Assembly (NCBI GenBank): GCA_964619725.1
Contig: CAZUFC010000180.1
Location: 1-13,782, forward strand
Origin: an uncultured bacterium
GTDB taxonomy: Bacteria > CSSED10-310 > CAZUFC01
Reading direction: 5' to 3'
DNA: 13,782 nucleotides
The notes beneath the pieces were generated by a model. It had not been told where the DNA came from. It worked only from the letters and a program-made list of their open reading frames with translations, and made no database searches. Of this stretch, positions 1 through 11,152 are shown in pieces. Each line of letters opens with the position of its first letter. The stretch's first letter is position 1. Position numbers and translations under genes: made by a program.

Positions 1-88
1 ATGTCAACGTCGTTTTTCCATGATCTATGTGACCTATCGTACCAACGTTTAAATGGGGCTTTGACCTATCAAACTTTTGCTTTGCCAT
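1..88 (-). CDS. tuf: Elongation factor Tu, 5' fragment (runs off the left edge); downstream tuf copy
   Basis: Manual translation from ATG at 88 gives [29 protein letters not shown], the EF-Tu N-terminus with the G1 P-loop [10 protein letters not shown]-like GGGAG upstream. Not in the ORF track. Confidence 0.96.
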   Translation of the reverse strand, partial: MAKQKFDRSKPHLNVGTIGHIDHGKTTLT

Positions 89-155
89 CCTTAAACTCCC
101 TTCAATGGAATATCCCGCATCACGGTGATGTTCATATAAAAACCATTCTCAGCAA

Positions 156-626
156 TCACCAACGATAATGAGCAAATGCTTTGTTGGCTTCAGCCATTTT
201 ATGAGTGTCTTCTTTCTTTTTGATAGAAATCCCCTTATTCGCGGATGCATCAAGTAACTCTCCCGCTAATCTCTGAGCCATAGTATTTTCGTTTCTTTTA
301 CGCGAATAAGAAATGATCCATCTCATGCTTAGTGCTAATCGGCGTTCAGGACTTACTTCAATCGGCACCTGATAAGTAGAACCGCCGACTCGTCTTGATT
401 TAACCTCTAAAACCGGTTTCACGTTATCGATCGCTTTTTTGAAAACTTTCAAAGGATCGCTCTTGATTCTATTTTCGATAATATCCAAGGAATCATAAAG
501 TATTCTCTCAGCCACGCTTTTTTTTCCATCTTTCATCATGCAATTGATGAATCTCATGACGAGAATACTTCTGTACTTTGGATCAGGCACCACTTCTCTT
601 TTTATTGCTCTTTTCCGCCTTGGCAT
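156..626 (-). CDS. rpsG: 30S ribosomal protein S7
   Basis: MPRR start, [20 protein letters not shown] and [13 protein letters not shown] are S7 signatures; follows rpsL. Confidence 0.99.
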   Translation of the reverse strand: MPRRKRAIKREVVPDPKYRSILVMRFINCMMKDGKKSVAERILYDSLDIIENRIKSDPLKVFKKAIDNVKPVLEVKSRRVGGSTYQVPIEVSPERRLALSMRWIISYSRKRNENTMAQRLAGELLDASANKGISIKKKEDTHKMAEANKAFAHYRW

Positions 627-635
627 GACAGACTC

Positions 636-1013
636 CTACTTTTGTTTCGGTCTTTTCGTACCGTATTTCGATCGACCTTGCATTCTACCCTGAACTCCCG
701 TACTTTCCAATGTGCCTCGAATAATATGATATCGGACTCCCGGCAGGTCTTTTACACGACCTCCTCTTATCAGTACGCTTGAATGCTCCTGAAGATTGTG
801 TCCGATACCCGGAATGTACGCGGTGACTTCTATCCCGTTCGTCAGCCTAACTCTGGCGACCTTGCGAAGGGCCGAGTTCGGTTTTTTAGGAGTCGTCGTC
901 GAAACGCGCACGCAGACCCCTCTTTTTTGAGGCGAACCCTGCAAAGCCGGGCTGTCCGATAATCCTTTCATTAATTTTCGTCCTTTACGAACAAGCTGAT
1001 TGATCGTAGGCAA
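636..1013 (-). CDS. rpsL: 30S ribosomal protein S12 (TTG start)
   Basis: [29 protein letters not shown] and [11 protein letters not shown] motifs; SD AAGGAGG upstream of TTG. Confidence 0.99.
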   Translation of the reverse strand: MPTINQLVRKGRKLMKGLSDSPALQGSPQKRGVCVRVSTTTPKKPNSALRKVARVRLTNGIEVTAYIPGIGHNLQEHSSVLIRGGRVKDLPGVRYHIIRGTLESTGVQGRMQGRSKYGTKRPKQK

Positions 1014-1049
1014 TGTGATCCTCCTTCTAGGAAGGTAAGAAACTTGCGT

Positions 1050-1079
1050 AGTCTAACAATTCTTGTTTTTAGCTGTCAA
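1050..1079 (-). promoter_or_regulatory. Putative sigma70-type promoter for rpsL-rpsG-tuf
   Basis: Minus strand reads TTGACA (1079-1074), an 18-nt spacer ending TGt, then TAGACT (1055-1050): a perfect -35 and an extended -10 in the rpoC-rpsL gap. Confidence 0.7.
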
Positions 1080-1099
1080 GTCCATCTTCCACTTTTTTT

Positions 1100-4000
1100 T
1101 CACAATTCTTGCAAATCGGAAAACTGTTCTTCACTTTCATCGATGCCCGGCGTTTCTTCTTCTTCTGATTCCACTTCAATCCTGGTGCTTGCATAGGCAG
1201 CAGCACCCGTACCTGCAGGAATCAACCTTCCAACAACTACATTCTCTTTAAGTCCCCTCAGATAATCGATTTTTCCGCTAATCGAAGCTTCCGTGAGAAC
1301 TCGAGTCGTTTCCTGGAAAGAAGCAGCCGAGATGAAACTTTCCGTACTTAAAGAAGCTTTAGTAATTCCAAGCAATTGAGGGCTTCCCGTCGCCGGTCTT
1401 CCGCCTAATTCCATGACTCGATTATTCTCCTCACGGAATTTGAATTTGTCCACCTGTTGATCCAAAACGAAATTCGTATCACCGACATCGTCGATCTTAA
1501 CCATTCTGAGCATTTGCCGTACAATGACCTCAATATGTTTATCATTTATGTCGACGCCCTGGAGACGGTAAACCTCCTGAACCTCATCTACCAGATATTT
1601 CTGCAGTTCTTTGTCGCCGAGAACGGCCAGAATGTCATGAGGATTAATTGAACCGTCCATAAGAGGTTCGCCTGCTCTGACCCGGTCACCTTCATGAACA
1701 TTGATGTGAATTCCCTTGGGAATAAGATATTCCCTGGTTACTCCGCCGGCTCCTTCAACGGTGACTTTTCTCATACCTTTGACCACAGACCCGAACTTGA
1801 CGTATCCGTCAATTTCGCTGATGGTCGCCGGTTCTTTGGGTTTCCTCGCTTCAAACAACTCATTCACCCTGGGCAAACCGCCGGTGATGTCTTTTGTCTT
1901 CGTGCTCTCCCTCAATACAATGGCCACTATGTCTCCAGCCTTAACCTCGGTATTGTCCTCAATGAAAATATGAGCGCCGTTGGGCAACGGAGTTCTGATA
2001 TCGGTTTTCTTGATGATGAAGTGCGGATGCATGGTATCCAGCTCGGACTGGTGAATGGGGCAGTACTGTTTGCGGCCTTCCTTGCGCTTCAATTCCCGAT
2101 AAGTGCATCCCGGCACGGAACATTTCATTTCCTCGCGATACCCCCCGATTACCTTACGGACCTGCCCGCTGACTTTATCTCTCTCTTCCCCCAGAGTAAC
2201 GGATTCGACGACATCTTCATAAACCAAAACTCCATCGGCTTCCGCTAAAATCGGAGTAGTGAAAGGGTCCCATTCCGCCAAAAGTTTTGATTTGACCTCA
2301 CTTTCGACGCTCACGTCCGGATCGTTGCCGGCCAATAATTGATCCCGCTTTACTTCCTCCTGGTTTTTCACATAAACATAAGCCCCCGGAATCACATAAT
2401 GCCGTTCTCTTTCCACCGTAGGATTGTCTTCCGGATAGACGGAAAGATGCAAACCGTTTATAAGAACTTTGCCTTTCTTGTCCACAACCTCAGCCATCTT
2501 TTTGACTTCCTCAAATTCCTCACCCAAAATTCTCTTGAAAACGACTACTCCTTCTGAACTCGCTCGCGTCGGCGTCTGAATCGGATCATCCTGTCTGACC
2601 TTCAGCTTGGCGCCGTAAGGGACTTTCTCCGGCACATCCCATCGCTCTCTGATTCGCTCGGCAAGAATGTCATCCTTATTAACCTTCTGCGCGTCAGATA
2701 CAAGTATCTTTCTTTTTCCTTCCGATTCTCTGATGTTTTCATCGAAAATTTCATGAGGCGCAAGTTTGTACAAATAATCCTTGTTCCTGGTTTTCAGGAT
2801 GAGATTGTAGCCTATCGTTTCCTCTTCTCTTTCTCCCTCTTCCAACACTATAGTCCCGTTTTCGGGAGCCAGGATACTGGGTTGAGTAATGAAAATTCTG
2901 GATTCTTTACGACTCAGAACGACAGTTTCTTCTTCAGAATTAGCTGCGGTTTCCAAACGTGAGAAGCGAACGAAACCTGAAATCTTGGTTTCAGCCGTAA
3001 CCTCCTCTTCGGCCGCACGTGCTGTACCTCCGATATGGAAAGTTCTCATAGTCAACTGCGTGCCGGGTTCTCCGATGGACTGCGCCGCGATAACACCGAC
3101 GGCTTCTCCGATCTCAGTCATTTTGCCGCTAGCCAGATTCCTTCCGTAACATTTAACGCAAACGCCGTGTTCAGCCTCGCATGTTAAAACGGACCTGATC
3201 TTTATCCTCTCCAAATTCGAAGTGCCGATCAGTATAGCCTTATCTTCATCAATCTGTTCGTTGGCGCTGACAATCAATTCCCTCGAAAAAGGATCGTAAA
3301 CGTCTTCGAGTGCAACCCGCCCCAGAACGCGATCTTCCAGAGTCTCTATTACCTCGCCGGCTTCGACGATCGGATTCACGAAAATGCCGTCGAGTGTTCC
3401 GCAGTCTTCCATGGTGATCATCATATCCTGAGCGACGTCGACGAGTCTTCTGGTTAGGTAGCCGGAATCAGCGGTCTTAAGGGCCGTATCAGCGAGTCCT
3501 TTTCTTGCGCCATGGGTCGAAATAAAGTACTGCAAAACCGTCAGTCCTTCCCGGAAGTTTGCCGTAATCGGCGTTTCAATAATCTCGCCCGAAGGTTTCG
3601 CCATTAACCCCCTCATTCCGGCCAACTGACTGATTTGCTGCCTGGAACCTCTGGCGCCCGAGTCAGCCATCATGTATATCGGATTGAATTCACCGCTTTC
3701 TGAAATAAGATAGCCGTCTTTTCCGCGTCGGCTCCTTTCCAACTCCCGAAACATCTCCTCCGAAACCTGATCCCGCACATGTGACCATATGTCAACAACC
3801 TTGTTGTATCTCTCTCCGTTAGTAATAATGCCGTCCAAATACTGATCCTCCACCTCAATTACTTCCCTCTGAGCCCTGTCTATCAACTCGCTTTTCCTGG
3901 AGGGAATGATCATATCCTGGACGCCGAATGAGATGCCTGACTTAGTGGCGTAACTGAAACCCAGGTCCTTCAGGCGATCAAGAGTGCTTACGCAGACTTC

Positions 4001-5803
4001 GTTTCCGAATAGTTTAAAAATGTCGTGAACTAAAGTCTGGAGCTGCTTTTTTTCCGTAACGCGATTGAAATACGGAAAACCTTCCGGTAAAGCATCGTTC
4101 AAAATAACCCTGCCTACCGTGGTGCTGATCAATTCACCGTTAATCCTGCAACTGATACGGGCCTGCAGTCCGACTTTCTTTTGTTCGAAAGCTAAAATCA
4201 CTTCATTCGGATCAGCAAAAATGCTTCCTTCTCCGAGACTTCCCCGCCGCTCCTTCGTAAGATAATAACAGCCTAAAACGATGTCCTGGCTGGGCACAGC
4301 AATAGGTTTTCCGTTTGCCGGCGAAAGGATGTTGTTTGTGGACATCATTAAAAGTTGAGCTTCAAGCTGAGCTTCAATGGATAAGGGAATGTGAACCGCC
4401 ATTTGATCGCCGTCGAAATCAGCATTGAAAGCGGCGCACACCAAAGGATGTATCTTGATAGCCTTACCCTCGATCAGTATCGGTTGAAATGCCTGTATGC
4501 CGAGTCTGTGCAAAGTGGGCGCCCTGTTGAGCATTACAGGATGTTCCTGAATGACTTCTTCCAGTATGTCCCACACTTCATCCCTTTCCGATTCAACCAT
4601 CTTCTTGGCGCTTTTAATCGTCGTCACATACCCCTTCTCTTCAAGTTTGTTGAAAATGAAAGGCTTGAATAATTCCAGCGCCATCTTCTTCGGCAATCCG
4701 CATTGGTTCAACCTCAATTCAGGCCCCACAACGATCACGGAACGCCCTGAATAATCCACCCTCTTTCCGAGCAAATTCTGCCTGAACCTCCCTTGCTTGC
4801 CCTTCAACATGTCGCTTAAGGATCTAAGAGGACGATTGTTGGGCCCCTTAAGAACACGACCCCTTCGACCGTTATCGAACAATGCATCCACGGCTTCCTG
4901 CAGCATGCGCTTTTCGTTTCTAATAATGACGTCGGGCGCTTTCAGTTCCTGCAATCTCTTGAGACGATTGTTCCTGTTTATTACTCTCCTGTAAAGATCA
5001 TTCAGATCGCTTGTCGCAAAACGTCCGCCGTCGAGCGGCACCAAAGGCCTCAGTTCCGGCGGAATAACGGGTATCACTTCCAATATCATCCACTCGGGTT
5101 GATTCCCCGACTTCCGTATGTTCTCTACGACCGATAACCTCTTGACGATTTTCTTCTTCTTCTGTCGTGAACTTTCTACTTTCATTTGCTCACGAAGCTC
5201 TACAGCCAGAGAATCTAAATCTATCCGCTTCAGCAATTCCCTGATCGCCTCAGCGCCCATTTTCGCCTCAAACTCCTCAGGAAATTTCTCGTAAAGTTCC
5301 TGATATTTCTCTTCGTCAAGCAGTTCCTTCTCTCTTAAACCCGTTTCAGGCGATCCCGGGTCCAGCACAACATAATTTTCAAAATATAATATTCGCTCCA
5401 GGTCTCTTAAAGAAAGGTCCAGTAATTGACCTATCCTGCTTGGAAGCCCCTTGAAAAACCACACGTGAGAAACCGGGCAAGCTAATTCAATATGCCCCAG
5501 ACGCTCCCGACGCACTTTGCTTTGGATTACTTCAACGCCGCATTTGTCGCAAACGACGCCGCGATGCTTCATGCGCTTATATTTTCCGCAATTGCATTCC
5601 CAATCCTTCGTGGGCCCGAAAATTTTCGCGCAAAATAATCCGCCTCTCTCAGGCTTGAAAGTTCTGTAATTGATGGTTTCAGGTTTCGTAACCTCCCCAT
5701 AAGACCAGTCTCTGATCTTCTCCGGCGAAGCTACTTTAATTCTTATGGCATCAAAATCGTCAGGATCTCTTGGTTTTTCAAACAAGTTGTAAATTTCGTC
5801 CAA
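1100..5803 (-). CDS. rpoC: DNA-directed RNA polymerase subunit beta' (TTG start, 1567 aa)
   Basis: Catalytic NADFDGD (4406-4426), N-terminal Zn ribbon CNC...CDKC, bridge helix [17 protein letters not shown], trigger helices TMRTFHIGG / [17 protein letters not shown]. Confidence 0.99.
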   Translation of the reverse strand: MDEIYNLFEKPRDPDDFDAIRIKVASPEKIRDWSYGEVTKPETINYRTFKPERGGLFCAKIFGPTKDWECNCGKYKRMKHRGVVCDKCGVEVIQSKVRRERLGHIELACPVSHVWFFKGLPSRIGQLLDLSLRDLERILYFENYVVLDPGSPETGLREKELLDEEKYQELYEKFPEEFEAKMGAEAIRELLKRIDLDSLAVELREQMKVESSRQKKKKIVKRLSVVENIRKSGNQPEWMILEVIPVIPPELRPLVPLDGGRFATSDLNDLYRRVINRNNRLKRLQELKAPDVIIRNEKRMLQEAVDALFDNGRRGRVLKGPNNRPLRSLSDMLKGKQGRFRQNLLGKRVDYSGRSVIVVGPELRLNQCGLPKKMALELFKPFIFNKLEEKGYVTTIKSAKKMVESERDEVWDILEEVIQEHPVMLNRAPTLHRLGIQAFQPILIEGKAIKIHPLVCAAFNADFDGDQMAVHIPLSIEAQLEAQLLMMSTNNILSPANGKPIAVPSQDIVLGCYYLTKERRGSLGEGSIFADPNEVILAFEQKKVGLQARISCRINGELISTTVGRVILNDALPEGFPYFNRVTEKKQLQTLVHDIFKLFGNEVCVSTLDRLKDLGFSYATKSGISFGVQDMIIPSRKSELIDRAQREVIEVEDQYLDGIITNGERYNKVVDIWSHVRDQVSEEMFRELERSRRGKDGYLISESGEFNPIYMMADSGARGSRQQISQLAGMRGLMAKPSGEIIETPITANFREGLTVLQYFISTHGARKGLADTALKTADSGYLTRRLVDVAQDMMITMEDCGTLDGIFVNPIVEAGEVIETLEDRVLGRVALEDVYDPFSRELIVSANEQIDEDKAILIGTSNLERIKIRSVLTCEAEHGVCVKCYGRNLASGKMTEIGEAVGVIAAQSIGEPGTQLTMRTFHIGGTARAAEEEVTAETKISGFVRFSRLETAANSEEETVVLSRKESRIFITQPSILAPENGTIVLEEGEREEETIGYNLILKTRNKDYLYKLAPHEIFDENIRESEGKRKILVSDAQKVNKDDILAERIRERWDVPEKVPYGAKLKVRQDDPIQTPTRASSEGVVVFKRILGEEFEEVKKMAEVVDKKGKVLINGLHLSVYPEDNPTVERERHYVIPGAYVYVKNQEEVKRDQLLAGNDPDVSVESEVKSKLLAEWDPFTTPILAEADGVLVYEDVVESVTLGEERDKVSGQVRKVIGGYREEMKCSVPGCTYRELKRKEGRKQYCPIHQSELDTMHPHFIIKKTDIRTPLPNGAHIFIEDNTEVKAGDIVAIVLRESTKTKDITGGLPRVNELFEARKPKEPATISEIDGYVKFGSVVKGMRKVTVEGAGGVTREYLIPKGIHINVHEGDRVRAGEPLMDGSINPHDILAVLGDKELQKYLVDEVQEVYRLQGVDINDKHIEVIVRQMLRMVKIDDVGDTNFVLDQQVDKFKFREENNRVMELGGRPATGSPQLLGITKASLSTESFISAASFQETTRVLTEASISGKIDYLRGLKENVVVGRLIPAGTGAAAYASTRIEVESEEEETPGIDESEEQFSDLQEL

Positions 5804-5862
5804 GGTGAATTCCTCCCTTGCACTTTATTTGAATTTACGAGGTTCATACGCCCTCTTCATAT

Positions 5863-8800
5863 TCATCTTTTCATTTTAGATGTGTCCAACAACTCTACAT
5901 CCAGTGACAGACTCTGCAGTTCCTTAACGAGAACTTTAAAGGATTCCGGTATGCCGGGCTCCTGCATCGTCTCACCCTTAACAATGGATTGGTAGATTCT
6001 CGTACGACCCAACACATCGTCCGACTTGACCGTCAACAGTTCCTGCAGCGTATAAGCTGCACCATACGCTTCCAGCGCCCATACCTCCATCTCACCGAAC
6101 CTCTGTCCGCCGAACTGGGCGCGTCCGCCCAGAGGTTGCTGAGTGACCAGGGAGTATGGACCTATGGATCGGGCATGAATTTTATCGTCGACCAGATGAT
6201 GGAGCTTCATCATGTAAACATATCCCGTAGTCACTTTCTGATCGAATTTTTCTCCGCTTTTGCCGTCAATCAATTCCGCTTTTCCGTCGGAAGGAAGGTT
6301 CGCTTCCTGCAAGGTTTCCCTGATGGCGGATTCGTTCGCGCCGTCAAAGACAGGCGTAGCCATGTGTTGGTTCAATTTTTTGGCGGCCCATCCGAGATGG
6401 GTTTCCATGATTTGCCCTACATTCATACGTGATGGAACCCCCAGGGGATTTAAAATAATTTCAAGCGGCTCTCCGTCAGGCAAAAAGGGCATATCCTCTT
6501 CAGGCACGATCACTGAGATGACGCCTTTGTTTCCGTGTCTTCCAGCCATTTTATCTCCGACGGAAAGTTTTCTTTTTACGGCGATATATACTTTTACAAG
6601 TTTAATGACGCCGGGCGGCAGTTCGTCGCCCTTCTGCAGTCGATTCACTTTCTCGTCGAAAATCATTTTGACGATATCCATCTGCTCTTCCATTTTACGC
6701 CTGACTGCCTCAATCTCCGGCTCAACTTCCTCATATTCCTTAACGATCAACGACGACAGCATAGTGTCGGGAATATCTCTCAAAACATCCACAGTAAGTT
6801 TGGCGTTCTTCTCGACTATCACTCGATTTTCAACAGGATCGATTAAATCCTCAGCTACCGTCTTGTCAAACAAAACCTGTCGTATCTTTTTATTTTCCTC
6901 TTCACGGATAATATTCAGTTCATCATTATAATCTTTTCGTATCTTTCCTATCTCTTCATCCTCGATAGCTCGAGACCTTTCATCCTTTTCCGCGCCCTTG
7001 CGGGAGAAGACTTTGACGTCAATGACCGTTCCTTCAATTCCCGGGGGAGTTTTCAAGGAAGCATCTCTGACGTCGCCGGCTTTTTCGCCGAAAATGGCCC
7101 TCAATAACTTTTCCTCCGGCGTAAGCTGCGTTTCCCCTTTTGGAGTAATCTTACCGACCAGCACGTCATTGTGTTTGACTTCAGCGCCGATTCTAATAAT
7201 ACCGCTTTCATCCAGATTTCTGAGCTGTTCTTCGCTTACGTTAGGGATATCTCTTGTTATTTCCTCTCTGCCCAGCTTAGTGTCCCTGGCTTCAATTTCA
7301 AAAGATTCGATGTGAATAGAAGTAAAAACGTCTTCCTTGACCAACTTCTCGCTGATAATGACCGCATCCTCAAAATTGTAGCCTTCCCACGGCATGAAAC
7401 CGACCAGAACGTTTCTTCCCAGCGCCAGTTCTCCGTATTGAGTGGCCGGACCATCGGCGATGACCTGATTCGCTTCCACCCGCTGTCCGACTTTCACTAT
7501 TGGTTTCTGGTTTATGCATGTGTTCTGATTCGAACGCCTGAATTTAATCAGTGAATATATATCAACGTTGGTCTCGCTGAACGCTTTCGTATCTTTTTCT
7601 TCCTCAGGATCGCAACGTATGATGATTCTGTCCGCGCTGACATGCTCTACCGTTCCGGCACGTCTCGCCGTAACTACAACTCCTGAATCCCGTGCAGCGA
7701 TATACTCCATACCAGTTCCCACTAACGGCGCATCGGTCCTTAACAAAGGAACGGCCTGCCGCTGCATGTTGGAGCCCATTAATGCCCTGTTGGCGTCATC
7801 ATGCTCCAGAAAAGGAATAAGCGCAGTCGATACGCTGACGATCTGCTGAGGTGAAACGTCAAAATAATCAATGGTGTCTGCAGCCGATAAAGTAGGGTCG
7901 CCGCCGATTCGAGCCGCTATTCTTTCTCCTATTATTTTGTTGTTTTTCCTGTCTACCGGAGTATTCGCCTGAGCTATGACATACTTTCTTCCCTCTTCAT
8001 CACGCTCTATATCCTCGTCCAAAGCGGTCAGAAATTCTATGTCATCCTGAAGTTTTCCTTTCTGAACTTTCCGATAGGGGGACTCGATAAAACCAAATTC
8101 ATTTACACGCGCATAAGTCGCCAAAGAAACGATTAATCCTACATTAGGCCCCTCAGGCGTCTCAATCGGACAAATCCTGCCGTAATGTGTCGTGTGAACA
8201 TCCCTGACCTCGAATCCGGCTCTGTCCCGGCTTAATCCTCCCGGCCCCAGCGCGCTGAGTCTTCTTTTATGCGTCAATTCCGCCAGAGGATTCACCTGAT
8301 CCATAAATTGGGAAAGCTGACTGCTTCCAAAAAATTCGTTCAACGCTGCGGTCACGGGTTTTGCGTTGATCAAATCATGCGGCATGGCCGTTGTAAGGTC
8401 CTGGATACTCATCCTTTCCCTGATAGCCCTCTCCATGCGAACTAATCCCAATCGAAAATGATTCCTCAATAATTCTCCAACCGCTCTCACCCGCCTGTTG
8501 CCCAGATGATCGATATCGTCTACATTGCCTCTGCCGTTCTTCAGTAAAAAAAGATACCTGACTACAGCGACAAAATCTTCCGGCGTCAATGACCTTTCTT
8601 CCAGTGACCGTTGAATGCCCAGTTTTTTGTTGAATTTCAATCTTCCGACCTTTGAAAGATCATAATACTTGGTGTCGAAAAAGATGCGCTTGAACAACAC
8701 GGTGGCGCTTTCCAACGTCAAAGGATCGCCGGGTCTCAATCTCTTGTAAATTTCGATCTGCGCCTGCTTCTCAGGATCGGTCACCTCGTTCAACTTGTCT

Positions 8801-10128
8801 TTTAAAAGCGTCTCGTGAAGTGAATTGCCCATCGGCGAGTTCTCAAGAAATATAACCTCAACCTCTTCCAAAGAAGATTTGTGCAGACTTACCGAAATGT
8901 CCGGGGTTATCTCGCTATTGCACTCGGCTATCACCTGACCGGTCTCCGGGTCAATGACATCATCGGCGAAAATTTTTCCGACCATCAGTTCAGGAGGCAA
9001 CAATATCTCTTCAATGCCGGCTTTCTCCAGTTTTTTGATAGATCTCTTGTTGATTCTAGATTTCTCTTTTATGATGACCCGTTCCGTTTTCGGATCATTA
9101 ATGTCGAATAAAGCCCTTTCGCCTATCATGTGAGGGCCCACTTTTCTCAGGAATCCCTTTTCCGCTTTCCTGAGAACCTCGGTTTTATAGAAAAGCCTCA
9201 ATATCTCCTGATTGGAAACATAGCCCAAAGCCCGCAGGAGAACAGTCGCCAATATTTTGCGCTTTCGATCTATCCGAACGAAAAGAATATCATTCGTGTC
9301 AAACTCGAATTCGACCCATGATCCCCTGTAAGGGGTTATTCTGGCGGAATAAAGTATCTTTCCTCCGGAATGAGCTTTCCCTTTGTCGTGTTTGAAAAAG
9401 ACTCCGGGTGAGCGGTGCATCTGACTCACTATGACGCGATCAGTGCCGTTAATTACGAAAATGCCTTTGTCGCCTACGTTTATCCGTCCGTCAGGAGTTT
9501 GAGAAACGTTGATCATGATCGGCATCTCGCCGAGATATACTTCCTGCTGTCTAATGTCTCTTAAAAGCTTCTGATCGGTATCCGTATCCTTTTCCCACAC
9601 CACCAATCTCAAGGTTACCTTGAGAGGGGCCGAGTAACTCATCCCCCTTTCACGGCACTCGTCAACTTCATATTTCATCCTCAACGTCACTCGTTTTTCG
9701 CAATGCCCGCATACGATATAATGAACCTTGCCTCCGCAGTGAGGACATACCGGGATTTCTTCATCGTTCTTTTCCAGGTCGCCTTTCCCTGTCGTTTGTC
9801 CGCATTCGCATCGCCAGGTATATCTGTTCTCTATACCCTTCAGCTTTCCGCAACTGCATTCCCAGGTCCCTAACTCATAGCCGACGAATTCCAGTTGGGC
9901 CGTATCATTGTAATTGCTGATTGGAAAAATACTGTTGAATACAGCCTGCATTCCGCTCTCTTCCCGGTCTTCAGGCAGCATATCCATCTGCAGAAAATCG
10001 GAAAAAGAAGTTTGCTGCATATCCAGCAGGTTGGGAATTTCAATCACACTTTTTATTTTTGAAAAATCCCTGCGATCAACGAGATTCTTCGTTCGTGAAA
10101 AATAAGACTTAAGTTTACTTTGTACCAT
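5863..10128 (-). CDS. rpoB: DNA-directed RNA polymerase subunit beta (1421 aa)
   Basis: SQLSQFMDQ...[25 protein letters not shown] and [18 protein letters not shown] motifs; lies between rplL and rpoC. Confidence 0.99.
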   Translation of the reverse strand: MVQSKLKSYFSRTKNLVDRRDFSKIKSVIEIPNLLDMQQTSFSDFLQMDMLPEDREESGMQAVFNSIFPISNYNDTAQLEFVGYELGTWECSCGKLKGIENRYTWRCECGQTTGKGDLEKNDEEIPVCPHCGGKVHYIVCGHCEKRVTLRMKYEVDECRERGMSYSAPLKVTLRLVVWEKDTDTDQKLLRDIRQQEVYLGEMPIMINVSQTPDGRINVGDKGIFVINGTDRVIVSQMHRSPGVFFKHDKGKAHSGGKILYSARITPYRGSWVEFEFDTNDILFVRIDRKRKILATVLLRALGYVSNQEILRLFYKTEVLRKAEKGFLRKVGPHMIGERALFDINDPKTERVIIKEKSRINKRSIKKLEKAGIEEILLPPELMVGKIFADDVIDPETGQVIAECNSEITPDISVSLHKSSLEEVEVIFLENSPMGNSLHETLLKDKLNEVTDPEKQAQIEIYKRLRPGDPLTLESATVLFKRIFFDTKYYDLSKVGRLKFNKKLGIQRSLEERSLTPEDFVAVVRYLFLLKNGRGNVDDIDHLGNRRVRAVGELLRNHFRLGLVRMERAIRERMSIQDLTTAMPHDLINAKPVTAALNEFFGSSQLSQFMDQVNPLAELTHKRRLSALGPGGLSRDRAGFEVRDVHTTHYGRICPIETPEGPNVGLIVSLATYARVNEFGFIESPYRKVQKGKLQDDIEFLTALDEDIERDEEGRKYVIAQANTPVDRKNNKIIGERIAARIGGDPTLSAADTIDYFDVSPQQIVSVSTALIPFLEHDDANRALMGSNMQRQAVPLLRTDAPLVGTGMEYIAARDSGVVVTARRAGTVEHVSADRIIIRCDPEEEKDTKAFSETNVDIYSLIKFRRSNQNTCINQKPIVKVGQRVEANQVIADGPATQYGELALGRNVLVGFMPWEGYNFEDAVIISEKLVKEDVFTSIHIESFEIEARDTKLGREEITRDIPNVSEEQLRNLDESGIIRIGAEVKHNDVLVGKITPKGETQLTPEEKLLRAIFGEKAGDVRDASLKTPPGIEGTVIDVKVFSRKGAEKDERSRAIEDEEIGKIRKDYNDELNIIREEENKKIRQVLFDKTVAEDLIDPVENRVIVEKNAKLTVDVLRDIPDTMLSSLIVKEYEEVEPEIEAVRRKMEEQMDIVKMIFDEKVNRLQKGDELPPGVIKLVKVYIAVKRKLSVGDKMAGRHGNKGVISVIVPEEDMPFLPDGEPLEIILNPLGVPSRMNVGQIMETHLGWAAKKLNQHMATPVFDGANESAIRETLQEANLPSDGKAELIDGKSGEKFDQKVTTGYVYMMKLHHLVDDKIHARSIGPYSLVTQQPLGGRAQFGGQRFGEMEVWALEAYGAAYTLQELLTVKSDDVLGRTRIYQSIVKGETMQEPGIPESFKVLVKELQSLSLDVELLDTSKMKR

Positions 10129-10216
10129 TTATACCCCTTTCCGCCGAGTAAAAAAATAAAAAGACACGACGAATAATGGTTCTTCTATTCAATTGAAATT
10201 CTTTCTGCTCGGGATA

Positions 10217-10600
10217 CTATTTTATTTCCGCCTGACCTCCTGCTTCCTCTAATTCGGCTTTGACTTTGTCCGCCTCTTCTTTCGGTACACCTTCTTTGAC
10301 CGGTTTGGGCAGGGATTCGACCAATTCTTTCGCTTCTTTTAAGCCCAATCCGGTGAGAGCGCGCACGGTCTTAAGAACAGGTATCTTTTTATCTCCGAAA
10401 CTGGTCAGAACTACTGAAAATTCAGTCTGTTCTTCCTTTTCCTCTTCAGCAGCGGCAGCAGGTTGCATTCCTGCAAAGGCTACAGGCGCCGCAGCGCTTA
10501 CGTCGAATTTTTCTTCCAGCGCCTTCACCAGTTTGTTTAATTCCAATACACTCATTTTCTCAATGGATTCGATGATCTGTTCGTGGGTTAATTCTCCCAT
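10217..10600 (-). CDS. rplL: 50S ribosomal protein L7/L12
   Basis: [24 protein letters not shown], Ala-rich hinge, [24 protein letters not shown]. Confidence 0.99.
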   Translation of the reverse strand: MGELTHEQIIESIEKMSVLELNKLVKALEEKFDVSAAAPVAFAGMQPAAAAEEEKEEQTEFSVVLTSFGDKKIPVLKTVRALTGLGLKEAKELVESLPKPVKEGVPKEEADKVKAELEEAGGQAEIK

Positions 10601-10630
10601 GGTTGTCCTCCGTCAAACCTTTTATAAAAT

Positions 10631-11152
10631 TCAAGCGTTTTCTTTCTGTTCTTTTATTCTGGACAGAACATTTACCAAATTTGCAGTAAAACCGTTTAGA
10701 ATCCGGACGAAACCGGTAATCGGAGCCTGCATCGCTCTCACAGTTTGAGTCAACAGCTCTTCCTTGCTGGGCAAGGTAGCGAGGAATTGTATATCCTTCG
10801 CCTCCAGCATGTCCCCTTCAACGAGAGCTGCTTTTAATTGCACTGTTTCGTGCTCCTTGATGAATTCCCGAATAAGCTTAGCGGGACTGACGGGATCATG
10901 TTTGATGGCGGCCAGGGCATTGGGACCTGTAAGCCGTTCGCTTAATTTTTCGAATTCAGTGCCTTTAAAAGCCCTTTTCGCCAAAGTATTCTTAATCACG
11001 AAAAACTGCGTATCGGCTTCTTTCAATCTGTTTCTCAAAGCATTAATTTCCTCAACTTTTAATCCCCGATAATCCAGCAGAATAGCCGATCTTTTTTCGC
11101 TCAAAGTATCTTTCAATTCCTGAACCCGTTTTTCCTTCAACTGTTTGTTCAC
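10631..11152 (-). CDS. rplJ: 50S ribosomal protein L10 (probable GTG start at 11152, 173 aa)
   Basis: DYRGLKV, KNTLAKRA, LTGP and LATLPSKEELL motifs. SD GGAGGG lies 8 nt before GTG at 11152, so I prefer it to the ORF-track start at 11197. Confidence 0.95.
   Translation of the reverse strand: MNKQLKEKRVQELKDTLSEKRSAILLDYRGLKVEEINALRNRLKEADTQFFVIKNTLAKRAFKGTEFEKLSERLTGPNALAAIKHDPVSPAKLIREFIKEHETVQLKAALVEGDMLEAKDIQFLATLPSKEELLTQTVRAMQAPITGFVRILNGFTANLVNVLSRIKEQKENA

Noticed and set aside
5804-5862. rpoB-rpoC fusion or readthrough, and an 11-codon spacer ORF MKRAYEPRKFK
   Set aside because: rpoB has a normal stop, the 59-nt gap puts rpoC out of frame, and rpoC has its own SD. The mini-ORF has no SD or other support.
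8230-8335. Rifampicin-resistance variant of RpoB (also checked: streptomycin-resistance sites in S12)
   Set aside because: Cluster I reads [25 protein letters not shown] with the key Q, D, H and S residues intact; S12 keeps PKKPNS and RVKDLPG.
1100-10128. Inteins or introns explaining the long RpoB/RpoC
   Set aside because: Frames are uninterrupted, and the insertions lack intein C-terminal HN-C/S/T junctions and LAGLIDADG-like motifs.
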